NCBI GenBank assembly: GCA_051294375.1
Contig: CM119263.1
Span: 1,013,756 to 1,077,755, forward strand
Direction: 5' to 3'
Origin: Paraspadella gotoi
Lineage: Eukaryota > Animalia > Chaetognatha
Length of the DNA: 64,000 bases
This document shows, one piece after another, positions 1 through 13,711 of the stretch (positions within the stretch are counted from its first letter, which is position 1; each line of letters opens with the position of its first letter). The position numbers were made by a program, and so were the translations under genes. The notes under the pieces were generated by a model that had not been told where the DNA came from, searched no databases, and was given only the letters and a program-made list of their open reading frames with translations.

Positions 1-2258
1 TCATTAAAACATTGAGTACAGGAGGGGCAGCTGCCTTCCCCTCTGCTCCTTAACTAATCAAGATCGTTTTACTCGGCAGCTGAAAAGCCGGACCGAATGA
101 GGCCGAAGTCGTTTGGCGGTATCTTTTTTTCTTTTTCTTCTTTTTTTGGTAATTTATTTCTGTGAGAGTTTACTTTAAAATATACAAGCGAGAACTTGTG
201 TTGCCAAAATTACGTGTTTGTTGTCTTTGCTGTCGTGTGGTTTTTTCTTGATTAAATTAATTACGAAATGATGATGACGATTGATGAATAAAAGCGTTCA
301 AAGCGATCGAAAAAAAGTAATTAATGTTACTTAGTACGATGAATACCCATGCGACATCGATAATTAGGAATGATAATGAGTCATCTCCATTAATAACTGT
401 CGTCAGCTCTGAGTCCGACGCGGACGTCAACCGTCACCTGGATATCCTCTCGTGTCCGTGTTCCAGGGGGTTTTGGCCACGCTTGCTCACAGCGTCACGC
501 TCAAGACCGGAAGTGAGATCGTGGCGTAAAGAAGAGGGCGATGGTGTCCTTACCCAACCGCCGGTGAAGCTGGCGTGGCAAGGCCGTTGTGGGTAGAGTG
601 GTGGTCGGGTGGGTGAGAAAGGAATCGGAAAGAGAGGATGGAAATAGTGATGATTATGAAAAGAGAAAGAAGGAAAATGGGAAAGAGGACAGAGAAGGAA
701 TGGAAAAAGAAGAAAGTGAAAGGGATGGGAATAGAAGAAAGAGAAGGGATGGAAAGAGAAAGAGAAGGGATAGAAATTAGAAAGGGATGAAAAGAGAAAG
801 AAAAAAACGGAAAAAGGAGTGAAAAGTGGCGGAAAGAAAAGGAATGAATAGAGAAAAGTCAATCTACAAAAACTTTGACGTAAAACTCACTAAAATTTCA
901 CTATTATCTCTCACTAACATTGTGAACACAAAATTTTGAGCCCATCAAGTCCCTCATCAAATCATCCGTCGTCAAACAAAATTTAAACCAATCATCCAAA
1001 TCTTCTATCTCTCACCCAAACTAATTTCAACCAATCACCCAAATCTCTCTCTCTCACCAACTCTCGCCGAACGGCCGTCAAATTTCTCCCATTGACCATT
1101 TTTTCTTATTAATCGAGAAATATAACGTTGGATTCTCGGCCGCCATTTTCCTGGCGATCGGGAGGCAGCGTCCTCATTTATCAGACTTCAACCGTTTGAG
1201 TCTCGATTCTAGATTCTCAAACCAGAATTAGATTTCCTTTTTTATTTTTAGTTTCGCAGGACGAGTGCTCGCGGGACACACTGAAAAGTTACACTTTGGT
1301 CGGTTCTGTCGGTTTGGTGATCCCCTTGGTTATCCTTTTTTATTATTTATATATTGTATATACATTTTTCGCAAACAAAAACAATTTATTATTAATTTGT
1401 TATGGAACGTGTTTTGAGTCATTTTCTTTAGCAAATGTTTCACGCTTGGGTGTATACACGGAATTCTAAAAAGCTGATTTGTTTTTATTAAAACTTCGCA
1501 GAAATGTGATTTGCTGTGGGAAATTGTAACTTTGTGTTAATTTATTTATTTATCAATTAAGTAAGTAGACAGGGATTTCATTCATCTGTGATATTATAAT
1601 CATATAAAATAAAATAAAAATACAAAGAAAGTCAGGGCAGCGCGCTCCTTTAGAATTTCTTCTTTCTAAATTTTCATTTGAAATGGATTTTCATTTTTTT
1701 CGCCGAAGCCGAAAGACTCTGATTTTATGAGAGAGAATTCGAAATAACAAATAATTTTCATGATAATACTAATGTTGATATTTCAACGGTGTCAAACAAA
1801 ATAAAAACTACTACCCACGAATGATATCTTTTTCTTTAAATCATTTTTGGTCTAACATATTATCTATCAGTAGTTCGTTTAAGGTTTTAAAAACTTAAAG
1901 TCAAAATCCAGACCGTTGCTCGTATATATTTTTCCCTCGCGAAAAATCTGAGGAAACTGGGATTTTCGTTCGATTGTTGAAAACGCTAAATCCATCTGCG
2001 TCGAATTAATCACGCGTTTCCAAGGCTAACCGACGCAGCCTCGGACGCAGCCTTTCGTAGCCGAAAAGAATTTAAGTTGTGAATAAAAGACTTACTCCCG
2101 CTCGGTCCTCATCCAATCAGCCGCTGCAGTCGACTTCCAGACAATTATCGTCGGTTTCACCGACCCGGAGCGCTCACCTTCTCTTGGATGAACAAATTGC
2201 AAACCGCAAAAATATCATTCTCACTTATTTATTAAACAGCTTTTAGTCTCTCTCTCGT

Positions 2259-2315
<57 letters not shown>

Positions 2316-5300
2316 TCTCTCGTCTCTCGCTTCCTTAATCACCTTGCTTTCCTCATCAATTCATCCTTTTCCCGTTCTTTCCCTGCAACCTTAACTCAAG
2401 AGCAATTGAGGAACCAGGCTCGTTTTCATCCTAGCAGCGATTAAAAGACTCCAATTGTAAAGATCGGTTTCGCCGAAGCAAGACGACCTACATTCGGTTG
2501 CTTCAACATCCGGACTCTCTCCAACAACAGAGAGAGATCGACAGAATCATGTTTAGCCTCTGATCTTTTTTCTTCTTTCTCTCATTTAGATTTTAACTTT
2601 ATATTTATCCGCGTCACTCGTCCGTGGCTTATGACGTTGGCGATGAAGGTAGCAAGCCTCATTTCGATCCAGAAGTTTCGGTTCTAGCCCCTTGAGTTTT
2701 ATACAAGAAGAGAAACCAGCCGGTTTACCCTCAGGCAAGCCCGGCGCTTCTGTGAGACCTATTTTCCTCGGTATTCATCATTTTCCAATCATTTTCCAAT
2801 CATTTTCCAATCATTTGTTCAACTTGGATGATCTTCTTTAACATCTAGTCTTTCGGCACGTCTGGTCATTGATAGTTGGTTCAATGATTTAATCAATATA
2901 TGACCACTGACCAGCCCCTCACCGACCCAAACTCACGTCTCCCCCTGCTCCTTCCACTCCCCACGAAGAACCCCACTCCCCACTCCCCACGAAGCCCACG
3001 GTTTAATGAACCTGGAGCGGCGCCGCTTCCCTCCTTCGGCGCCCCTGAGTCTGAGCACGCCAAGGGAATGTGCACGCGAAGGTGAGAAGTGTCGTGCGAA
3101 GGTGGGCAAAGTGCACGCAGAGAAAAAATGGTGCTGCGCAGATGGGATAAAGTAACATGATAGAGTTTTAAATTAGAAAATAAAAAAAATTCACCGAATG
3201 AGATTAAAGATTAGAGTTTCAACGGTTTAAAGTTTAAAGATTAGAAAAACTTTCTAAATGTATTCCTATCCCCCCTCCATTTTTAAAATATGCTATAAGA
3301 CACAATGAAAATGGCGTAACGTTACTGTTCCGTGCATTTAAAAAAAATTCACTGGTTCAATATTATTATCATTTTTCTTTTTATTTTTTGAAACGTTATA
3401 GTTTCATATGTTTGATATCCAAAAATATTCAAGTGCAAAATCTGTGTTTTTTGTTTTTGTAGATATGACTGAATATTAGGGGTGAAAGATATGAATTTTT
3501 AAAAAAAGTTACTTATTCATATTTATTCATAGAATTGTAATAGAAAAAATAAAAAAAATAATCAGGTTATAATAGTTTAGTGTATATGTCCGTTCACAAT
3601 AGATGCGAAAAAAAACCTCATTTTAAAAATTGATCGCGGAAGTGGGGTAACTAAGCTTACCCAATTGGGACAATCCTCCCACGCCGATTGTTTCTCTCAA
3701 ATAATTTTTATTTAATACTGTTGAAAGGGAAAAAAAAAAAAAGATCTGTTAATGCAGGAGGCCAGAAAGGTACAATATCTGGATTATTGACAGTGAATAA
3801 CATGTGGACCCTCCTTTATATCTTGTCGAATATGGGGCAGGTTACTAAGAAATCGTTAAAAATTTCATCATTAAGTCAGTCAATGAACCCTTTTCTAATG
3901 GGCAATTACGAGAAATATTTTTTTCTTAATTTAAAATGGATGATAAATAATATGAATTAAATTCCTTGCCTATATTTTAAAAAAAATTATCAATACAATT
4001 TAACACAATGAATGTTTTGCTTTGTCAAATATGTTTACCAGCTATATAATTTGGGTAAAACTTTATTATTGATAAACAAGCAGTGTGTCAAGCTTTAGTT
4101 TGCCAGTAAAGATAATAAAAAATGTCACGATTTTTACAGACAAGAAGGTAGATGCCAGACTGTTTTATATCAAGCTGAAGAACATTTTATCGTATTTAAT
4201 CATTTAATATTTTTAAAAATACATTTATCAAGCTACAACATAATTTTTGCTTGTTTTTACTGTAACTGAAAAATATAAGATTATTTTATGAATAAAAAAT
4301 ATTTAATATAAACAAAATGTAATTCAGTCTTGTTCCTTTTTTCAAATTACAAAAGAAAAAAGAAAAAAATTTCATATGCCTTCATTGAAATATTTAATAG
4401 CAAAAAACTGTTATACTTTTAACTTCTGATTTAAACAACAAAAGCTGTGGTAAAGATTTATGGATTAATTTAATAAAACTTTTTTAGAAAAAAAGCTGTC
4501 CATGATAGGGCCTTAATTTTGATACCACATCCAGCCTTGCTACCTCTTCTTCAAAAGTTATTTAAAAAAATAACTTTTTTTAAATTACGCAGTACAAATC
4601 TTGTGTTAAAATAAAAAGTTTCGGCCAAAGCCCGGGAGTATCCACTTATTCTATGTACAATACTTAAATTTCAAAATAAAACTTTGAAGAAATTTTTGTC
4701 ATTTAGAGACATTCACCTGTTCAGATGTACCCAGTTCGTATAATAATTTATTTTATTTATTTCCCCCAAAAAAAGCCTAAATTAGAAAAGTTTGAAATTT
4801 TCAAATTTGTTTGGAAAAAAAAATTTTCGTCCGACCTATTGCTCATGAGAATAATGGTGCATAGAAAATCAAAATATCCAAAAAAATAAAAAAATCAGCC
4901 TCTAGAAAAATCGAAAAAAAGGGCGTAGAGGCGTTGATTTTAGAATTGCAAAATTTTTTTCCTGATCATAATCCATTATTCTCAAGTTTCAAAATATTTT
5001 TTTTCCAAAATCATTTCAATCAATTTGTTTTTTATTTAATTTAAAATGTTTTTATTTGATGTTGTTTTTGTGTCGAAAGAATTGAAAAAAAGTGAAAAAT
5101 ATAGTAATTATATAAGGTTTTTGAATACCTTTAAAATAATTAAAATAATTAGGACACTCCAAGGGGGTAAGCAGAGAAAACTTCCCATTCATAAGAAAAG
5201 TTGAAAATGAATTATGTCATATTGTTAGTTTTAGAATTAATGACTTAATTACAAACAAATAATTCATATAAATTGAAGGAAAGATGGGTAAAATATTCAT

Positions 5301-6383
5301 CTTGGTCTCGGTTAAAACTATTAGGTTATCGTAAAGTTTTGTTTTAATAATATTAATATTTTTTTGCATTTTATAAAAAGCAAATGCGTCTAATTTGTTA
5401 AGCGTTTCGAGCTATATGTGCTTTATCTTTTTTAAATATTTTTGATTAGTTAGCTTTTTGTTGTTGATGGCAAGGGTATGGTCAGATACAGTAATGTCAG
5501 TAGTGTATATCGCCACATATTACCAAAAAGTAATGATCAATTAATTTAGGCCTCAGAAACAATTTTAAAAGTGCAAAATCAGCACGAGACCCGTTTTGCC
5601 ACGTTATTTTCATTGTGTATAACTTATAAAATAGAGCTTACATTTAAATAAACAAAATAGACAAAAACAAACAAAGAAATTGAACAAAAATCAGACAGAA
5701 AGAGTGAAAAGAAATTTAGTTTATAGTTTTTTAGTAATTCGTCTTCAAGTGAGTAAGCAATCGTGTCAGTCGGATATGTATTTTTAAACATTACAACGAA
5801 AACCTTACAAACGACAAAACTACTCAGCGAAAGAATAAATCATAAGACTCCCATATCGGACGACCAATTGTCCCACGCTGTCAGTCTGTCATTCAATAGT
5901 CCCACGCAGTCCAGTCTCAGTTTCAATAGTCCCACCGCTGTTGTCAGTCTGTCAGTTTCAATAGTCCCACGCTGTCCAGTTTGGCCGTGCGCGACATTTA
6001 CCAAATCCAATTTAATCTGTAAACGTTGATCAAAGATCCATAATTCTTTGCCGCGAAACGCAGCGAGTCCGATCTTAACGACCTTTCAGAAACTATCATA
6101 ACTTCATTATCGCTCTTATCATCGCTCTATTCTTGCTTTATCATCCTCCATTATCGCTTTATCAACGCTATTTTTTCGCAACTATAACACACATGACCTC
6201 ATGCTGAATTATTGCTCCATCATTCGAACCGTTTCGCGCTTAACATGCTCCAATAAGCTCTATCATCTCTCATCACATCATCTATCATGGTTTTATTTAT
6301 CATCTCTTATCATAGTACTCCAGCAACGAGCGCGCCCTACGCGTCTTTATCATTCTATCATTTCTTTGTCACATCTCACCGAG

Positions 6384-7736
6384 TAACATTTCCGCCCACG
6401 AGTTTTCAAGCGATAAAAAAGAGCGAAGGCTGCTTCCCAGTTCTTTTGCCGTCGTCGAAGTTGCCCTGTATTGAAGGAAAAAACAGTATATATAAAGAAG
6501 AGAGAGAGACGAGAGAGAGAGATGAAGAGAGAGATGAGAGAGAGACGAGAGACGAGACTGAGGAGAGAGAGATAGAATGAAAAGGAAAGGGTGTGAGGAG
6601 GTAATTAACAAACTCCAAAATTCCTTCCCTGTAAAAGATCCAGACCCTGAAGGGCTTCGTAACGCGGATGATATCCCGGTTGAAAAACCCTGGATTTCTC
6701 CTCTTCCCTGCTTCGGAGCAGCGTTGGGTCCGTACATGTACCCCAAGGCCAAAAACAACAGTGACCATCCTTATAGACCAGAAAAGCCCATCTCTCGTTG
6801 TTGTTGTGTTGTTCTTTATTGGCTTTTTGATGTTTTATCTTGTGTTGTTTTGTTTTCAACGAGAAAGGGTCGGAGGTCCGACGGCACTATGGGTCACTAT
6901 GCGGCCCTATGGTTCGACTATGAGTGTCTTATTAGCGGTTCCGCCTTTTTCCAGTTTTCTTTCCGTGGCGTCTTTTTTCTTTTCTTTTTAGAAAGTTTTT
7001 TTTTTAAACGCGAATCAGTTAAATTTAAATCCCTGTTTTTAAAATTGAGAAAAAACTTTCCGGTTATTTCATTTTGTTGTTTAGATTTGTAAATTTTTTT
7101 TTATTTTTTAGGAAACGGTTGTTTTACCAATTCATATCATAGCTCAAAAAAAAACTTCTGCCTCTTAATCTCAAACACAAAGGAAAAAAAATAAAATATA
7201 CGTTTTTTACGAAAAAAATGACATAGCAGATAATGTACGCCAAAAACTGTCGCCTTGCTCTTGCTTAATCTTAAGCAACAGATTGGATGGTAGAACAGAA
7301 ATCTCTGGCTCAACTTAACAACTGAAGCATAAAAATATCGAAATCAAAAAGAAAAATAAAAAATAAAAAAGACAAAAAATATTTTATTCTTTTTTTTGTG
7401 GTCGTTAAGAAACGACAGAAGAAATGACTGAGCGACCGATCCTTTAGTTTCAAGGTTCTCCTCCTCATTAGAAAAGAGAGAGAAAGGAAAAAAAAAAGGA
7501 AAAAAGAAAGGAAAAAAGAAAGGAAAAAGAAAGGAGACACCTTGCATCAGAGGCTCGTGGAGGCACGAAGGGACTTGAGAAATAGGGAGAGAGAAGACGA
7601 AACGGATCAACGGACGGACGGACGGACAGACAAAAGGGGCAAAGTGGAGAGACGACAATATGGAAGAAGGACAGACAGACGGACAGAAATGGATGAAGGA
7701 GAGAAAAAAAGAGGCGTGATGACATATATGAGAATC

Positions 7737-7771
<35 letters not shown>

Positions 7772-7962
7772 CTGTCTCTGTCTCTCTCTCCTCTCTCTTC
7801 TCTTTGCTCTCTCTCGTTCTCTCTCTCTCTCTCTCTCTCTCTACTCTTCTCTCCTCTCTTCTACTCTCTCTTCCCGTGAAGCAATTTTCTACTCTCTTTC
7901 TCTCTCTCTCTTCTCTCTCCGTCTCTCTCCTCTCTTCTCTCTTCTTCTCTTCTCGTATCTCT

Positions 7963-8005
<43 letters not shown>

Positions 8006-8139
8006 GTCTTCATGAAGATCCTGGTTTCATTTACGGGGAAAGAAGAGATGAAAGACACGCACCGAGTGGACGGAATTTCAATGACCCATGTCATCATAGT
8101 TTTTCCGCTTATTTCGCAAGAGGGGCTGGAGCACAATAG
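6384..8139 (+). CDS. Possible 3' part of an unknown multi-exon gene (candidate exons ~6384-6485, from ~6638, and terminal 8018-8139)
   Basis: Pyrimidine tract-AG acceptors precede open segments VTFPPTSFQAIKKSEGCFPV.., PDPEGLRNADDIPVEKPWISPLP.. and DPGFIYGERRDERHAPSGRNFNDP..*; AATAAA at 8151. Confidence 0.3.
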
Positions 8140-9222
8140 AGCGTTCCTCGAATAAAACAGAAAAGCACTACATATTAATAACGTTTTATTTAAACAGAAA
8201 AAAAAACCTGTTTTAGAATATTGGCGCAAACATAATAAAAAAAACTATTCAATGGTTTTTTTTTGTATTTGTTATATAATAATAAATATTTAAAAGCTTC
8301 AGTGCAACAACCCAATGAACTAATTCAAAAAGTTGCATTGAAAATCGATTTAGTAATTGAAGGAAAAAATGATTTTTTTTGAGAGAACTAGAATTTATAA
8401 AAAATTGATCAATTTTGGCCGCCCTAATACGTATGTAACTTGTTTTCATATTTTTGTAAATCGCTTTAAAAAATTATGCAAGTTGAAAAAATTATTGAAA
8501 AAAATATTATTATACAAATTAAAAAAATGATGCAAGTTAAGTGAAGTCAAACGGCCTGAATAAAAGCAAAGCGGCTTGAAGGAACAAAAAATCGGCGAGA
8601 AGGAAAAAAAATGGACGAGAAGGAAAAAAAGCGTTAAATTAGTGAGAAAATTATCTTCAGTCAAAGTTTCATATTTTAAAAAACAAAAAGGTTTTTGGAG
8701 AAGAAATTCATGTGATTAAATAATTGCTGAAGGTAATCGTTGTGAGGCGGACAAATCTTTGAGAAAATTTTGCGTGAATTCGATGATAAAAATCACGGAA
8801 ATGTGAGAGGGAAGAGAGGGAGGAAAGGTTTAGAGAATTGAGAAGAGGGAGGAGAAAAGGACGGGAGGGAGGAAGGAGGAAGAAAAGAGGGAGAGGGGGA
8901 GGGAGGAAGAAGAGAGGAAAGAGGGAATGGGGGGGAAGTCGTATATCTTTCGCTTTTCAATCGCGAGGAAAGAAAACGACAGCGACAACAACAACAACTC
9001 GATAAAACGTGGTTGCGCGGAATTAAGAATTCAGGTTGAGAACCAAATTGTGGAACATCGAGTCACTGTGGGCAAAGAATATCGGTGTGGAGAAGAAAAC
9101 ACTCGAGGAGGAACCACTAATATATTTTGTTTCGTGTATTAATGTGTTGTATAGATTTTCTCGCTATTTTAATAATATAAGACTTAAAGAGATTTTTGTC
9201 TTAGATAATTAAAGATGGAATA

Positions 9223-9582
9223 TTAGTGAAAAGTTTTAAACGAGTTTCAACAACGATTATTATTTTCGCCTTTTTTTTTAAGCCTTCATCAGCGTTATTT
9301 GAGTTTATGAAATAAAATAAAAGCCGAAACATGTCCGTTTTCCTATGAAAATAAAAATCGTTGTTGAAACTAGTTTAAAACTTTTCACTAAAATCTTTAC
9401 ACAACGAAAAGAAAGTTTATAACACAAAGATAGAATATAAAATAGAATTAAAATACAGAATGAAAAAGTTTCTCTCTTTTCGTTTGAAATTAGGTGAGAA
9501 AAAAACTTTAATGATTCAACAACGATAGTTTATTAATTTGATACATGTTTCGGCTTTGACATTCAAGCCTTCAGCAGCGCTT
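9223..9582. mobile_element. Cluster of Penelope-like terminal-repeat remnants with hammerhead motifs in inverted arrangement
   Basis: 36-bp inverted repeat (9223-9258 / 9356-9391); minus-strand aacgCTGATGAaggctt..aaggcGAAA (~9263-9296); plus-strand aagccGAAACATGTCcgtt (9321-9340); minus-strand gcgCTGCTGAaGGCTT..AAGCCGAAACATGTA (9542-9580). Confidence 0.65.
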
Positions 9583-10287
9583 TGATTAATTATTTTAAAA
9601 CTTACAATAAATATTCCATGAGAACTCGATGTTAAAAGTTATCATATCACAAACGTGATATAATATAATAAAAGAGATCCTCATATCCATTGTATTATAT
9701 AATGTATAATTGTATATAATATATTATATCATACATCATATAACATATTATGAAATTGGTACAACCAATATAAAAAATTATTCATTCATTTAATAAATAA
9801 GCTATCTTGCCTCTGACTTTGGACAGGCTTTGGTGGTTTATATCATATATAAGATCTAACATATCATATAATAATATTATAAGCAAAATAATCTTTGTCA
9901 TTATTCCATCTCTTTCTCACAAAGATATCACTAAGACGATCGATTCACTAAGACGATCGATTCACTCCAAAAAACTTTTTTTCCCTTTGATCTCAATCTC
10001 GACTAACCGCGATCTCTTACCCCCTGACCTCGTGACCTCGTAACCCCGTGACCCGGCGATTTATGACGTCACGATCCTTTGACCTTTGACCTTTGACCCG
10101 ACGGGAAACTTTAGATCTTTTTTTTTCCTCGGAGGAAATTCGTTCTTCTGTTAAATCAACTTGAGAATCTGAAAGAAAGTGAAGAGGAAGAGGAAGAGGA
10201 CAGTTAGAGGGAAATGAAGGGGATGAGGAAGAGGAAGAGGTGGAGGGGAGGACAGTAAGAAGGAGAGGGAGGGGATGAGGAAGAGGA

Positions 10288-10312
10288 NNNNNNNNNNNNN
10301 NNNNNNNNNNNN
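10288..10312. other. Assembly gap (25 N); further gaps at 24319-24475, 24909-24918 and 24979-25206
   Basis: N runs. Confidence 0.99.
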
Positions 10313-13300
10313 AGGACAGCTCAAGTGTGAAGAGGGAGGGCATGAGGAAAGAGGAAGAGTGGAGAGTCGGAGGTGAGGGGAGACACAGTAAGAAGGAGAG
10401 GGCAAGGAAAGAGTAAGAGGAACAAGCTAAGATGGAGAGGGAGGGGATGAGGGAAGAGGAAGAGGTGGAGCGGCCGAGGACAATAAGAAAGGAGAGGGAC
10501 GGGCGAAGACGGCAAGAGGACAGTAAGAAAAGAAATGGAGGTGATGAGCAAGGAGCGGGAGATGAAAGGTAGCAGGGGGAGGAAAAGGAGACGGGGGAGG
10601 AAGAGAAGGACAGTAAAGAGGGAAAATGGAGGAGGATGAGAAGAGGATTGGCCCCATTATCTCCGCTCAGGCGGGGTCAAAATTGAGGACTTCGCTTCAT
10701 AGTTCCATTTATATATGTTTAATAAGACTATATATGTCAAACTTTCACGAAATTATATCGGGTTAGTTGGTGGGAACAGATCTTCCAAAGTGCCTCATTG
10801 TGTTATATTGAAGCCTTCTGTAAGAGAAAGACAAGAGTAGCAAAGGAAACCAACCAACAACAGAAAAGATAACAACAGCGGACCACAACGAGTAAAGACA
10901 ACAACAACAGAAAAAGATAACAACAGTGACGGCAACAGTAAAGAACAACAACAACAGAAAAAATATAACAACAGCGCGACGACAACAGTGACGCAACGAA
11001 CACAAAACAAGATAAAGCAAGGACAACGAGTGATGACAACAACAAAACAGAAAAAGATAATAACAGCGACGACAACGAAACAGAAAAAGGATAACACAGA
11101 GGCGACAACAACAGCGACGCAACAGCAAACAACAAACAGAACGTTCTCGCAGCCGCCATTTCTTCCTTTAACGCATACCCTTTGCGTGAAATATCGTGGA
11201 CCCCTTTTCTTATTCGCCCTCATTTACAGATGTCTACTTTCCTCTCTCTCTCTCTCCTCTCTCTCTTCTCTCTCTCTCGTATCTCTCCATCATCTCCTCT
11301 CTCATCATCTCTCTCATTCGTCTTATTTTTCTCTCTCTTTCGCTCCTTCATGCCAGATTGTGCCTTTGTTAAAGAGAACAGAATTCACTCTTCGACTGGC
11401 CATTTTTGCATGCAAATGCAATAAGAAATCGTCGTCGACGTCCGTCGTCGTCGTCTGAACTGATGAAAAACCTGAGGCCGTAAAATCGAACAAGTTTTTC
11501 GGTTTCCATTCGCTTTGAGAGAAATTGATGCCGTAAATGATAATAAATACCTCTTAGGAAAAAGATATCACATTTTTTTGTAGAGGATATCTACTTAAAA
11601 ACTTATTTGATTAAAAAAAAATCAGAATTATTCAAAATCACATCGAATTTTCTTTCAGTGCTTCCTTTTCATTTTTTTCGTTAAGGTCAATTTTGAAGTT
11701 ACAGAAAAAACAATAGGCAACTTCGGTTCCTCATGCGTGACGTAATGACGAAAAAAAAACCAAATTTGAGTTTATTCACCATTATTTCTTTTTATGTGTG
11801 TATAGAGTTATATATTTTTTTTTTAATATTGGCAATAGCTAAATGCATTGCCACTCTTTTTGGTCAGAAAAGAAGGGAAAATATGGTGCAAACATCAATA
11901 TCGGCAGTGCTAAAAAGAAATTTGCATTAAAAGGTGTAAGAAAAACATTTCACCGTCATATCTAAATTTGCCGCTTACTGCAGAGCATACACAGAGTGAA
12001 TGCACGGCAGTAGTCGAGAACATAACCAAATATTGAGAATGTTTTACACCAGATTTTGTATATTTTTTATTGAACTAAACTCAACTTTGAACTAATTATG
12101 TGATATACATTTTTTTCTTACAGTGCGTCCCAATGTTACTGGCGTTGTTAGGAAAAGGCTTACTGCCTCACTTAATACCAAGATCGAAAAAACTTTAATT
12201 CATTATAATGAAATATGCGAAAATTCGTATATAGAACATAGTGTAGGAAATGCTACAATGCCCGAACAAAATGGAACAACTCTAAGAAAAATAAACTATG
12301 CTAAAATTACGCACAGTAAGCGTTTTGAAGTCATGAAACAAACGGGGAATTGTTATTATCTATTTTTTGTTAACACAGGATTGGGATCGGGGGCAGAAGA
12401 GAGAGAGATGAGAGAGAGACTGAGAGATGCAGACGAGAGAGAGAGAGAGAGAGCAGCAGGAGAGAGAGAGAGAGAGTAAAGTAGTTGGATCGGGAGGGCA
12501 TAAAAGGGAAACAGATGAAGACGAAAAGTTCCGAAATTGAAAAATCCATATTCCTCTAACAATCTACAGCTTCTTCTGCGTATTTGAATGATCAAATATT
12601 GTTCGATATTATCTTCTTCATTTCGTTGAGTTGAGATTTAACGAAAAATTTGTTTTTATGTTTTGATGTTTCTACTCTAATGCGCGCTGATAGAGACTCG
12701 CATTAGAGTCGAAACAAGTCTGTTATTATAAATAATATCGTTGTTTGCATCAAAAACCAATTTTCCTTAAAAGTATTTTGTATCTATTTTTTTAGTTTTC
12801 TTTTTTTAACCACCGATGATAACTAATAAATGTATTATATACGATATTGGAAAACAAAAAAAAAAAATTGTACTGCACTTTGAAGTTTTTTTTTCAAAAT
12901 TGTTTAAAAGATGATCTTAAAAAGAACTACAAAAGAATCGTCTCTCTCTCTCTCATCTCTCTCTTCCCAAAAATCGACAACGGCCATGCCATAAAAGACC
13001 GGTAAATTATCTGAGCGCCAATAAAAGACGGTTAAAATAACTCAGATATTAATAGGACTAATAATCGAAAATCGTGACGCAGAGAGGAGGAAAAAAAATA
13101 TTAAGGGTAAGGCATAACATTTATCAGCACTGTTTACTATAGTTGTCAAAATCATACAGCGGAGTTATAAGGACAATTTTAGAGCAAATGAGTTGCGCCG
13201 ATGACTGCCTTATCACATGTATTTTCTCGTGAACCATGATGTTGTCATAGACATGAATAGATGACACTAATAATAACTCATAACTTATTCTAGCACTCGT

Positions 13301-13711
13301 GTATTTTATGAACATACCCTCCTGCATTACAAATTTATTTTGAAGACGGGCGCTAGCAGACCCTGGGATTTGCTGGTGTTTTTTTCTTTCTTAGCAAATG
13401 AGCAACCAACTATAGGCAAATTATATGGCATTTTTTAACGTAAGTGTGACAGACCGAACGAACAGCATACCGACCGATCGACTGGACCGACGAGACCGAC
13501 GGACCCGAGCCGATAACCACCGAAAAGCCACTAAAAAGTAAGAATAACATGAGGTCATCTTGTTTCTTATTTTCGCGTGACCCAAACTTGTCCAAAGAAT
13601 GAATCATTCGCATTGATTGTTATGTCCGGTCAAGTCTGAACCCAAAAACGGTTTTTATTTATATGTAGATTATGTTATTCTCTCTCAAAAATTTATAGCA
13701 ATATAATAAAT

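Noticed and set aside
7542-8015. Many ORF-track entries rich in SL/ER/poly-S/poly-D, here and throughout the window
   Set aside because: They are translations of (AG)n, (GAC)n, (CAT)n and (TTTA)n microsatellites, not proteins
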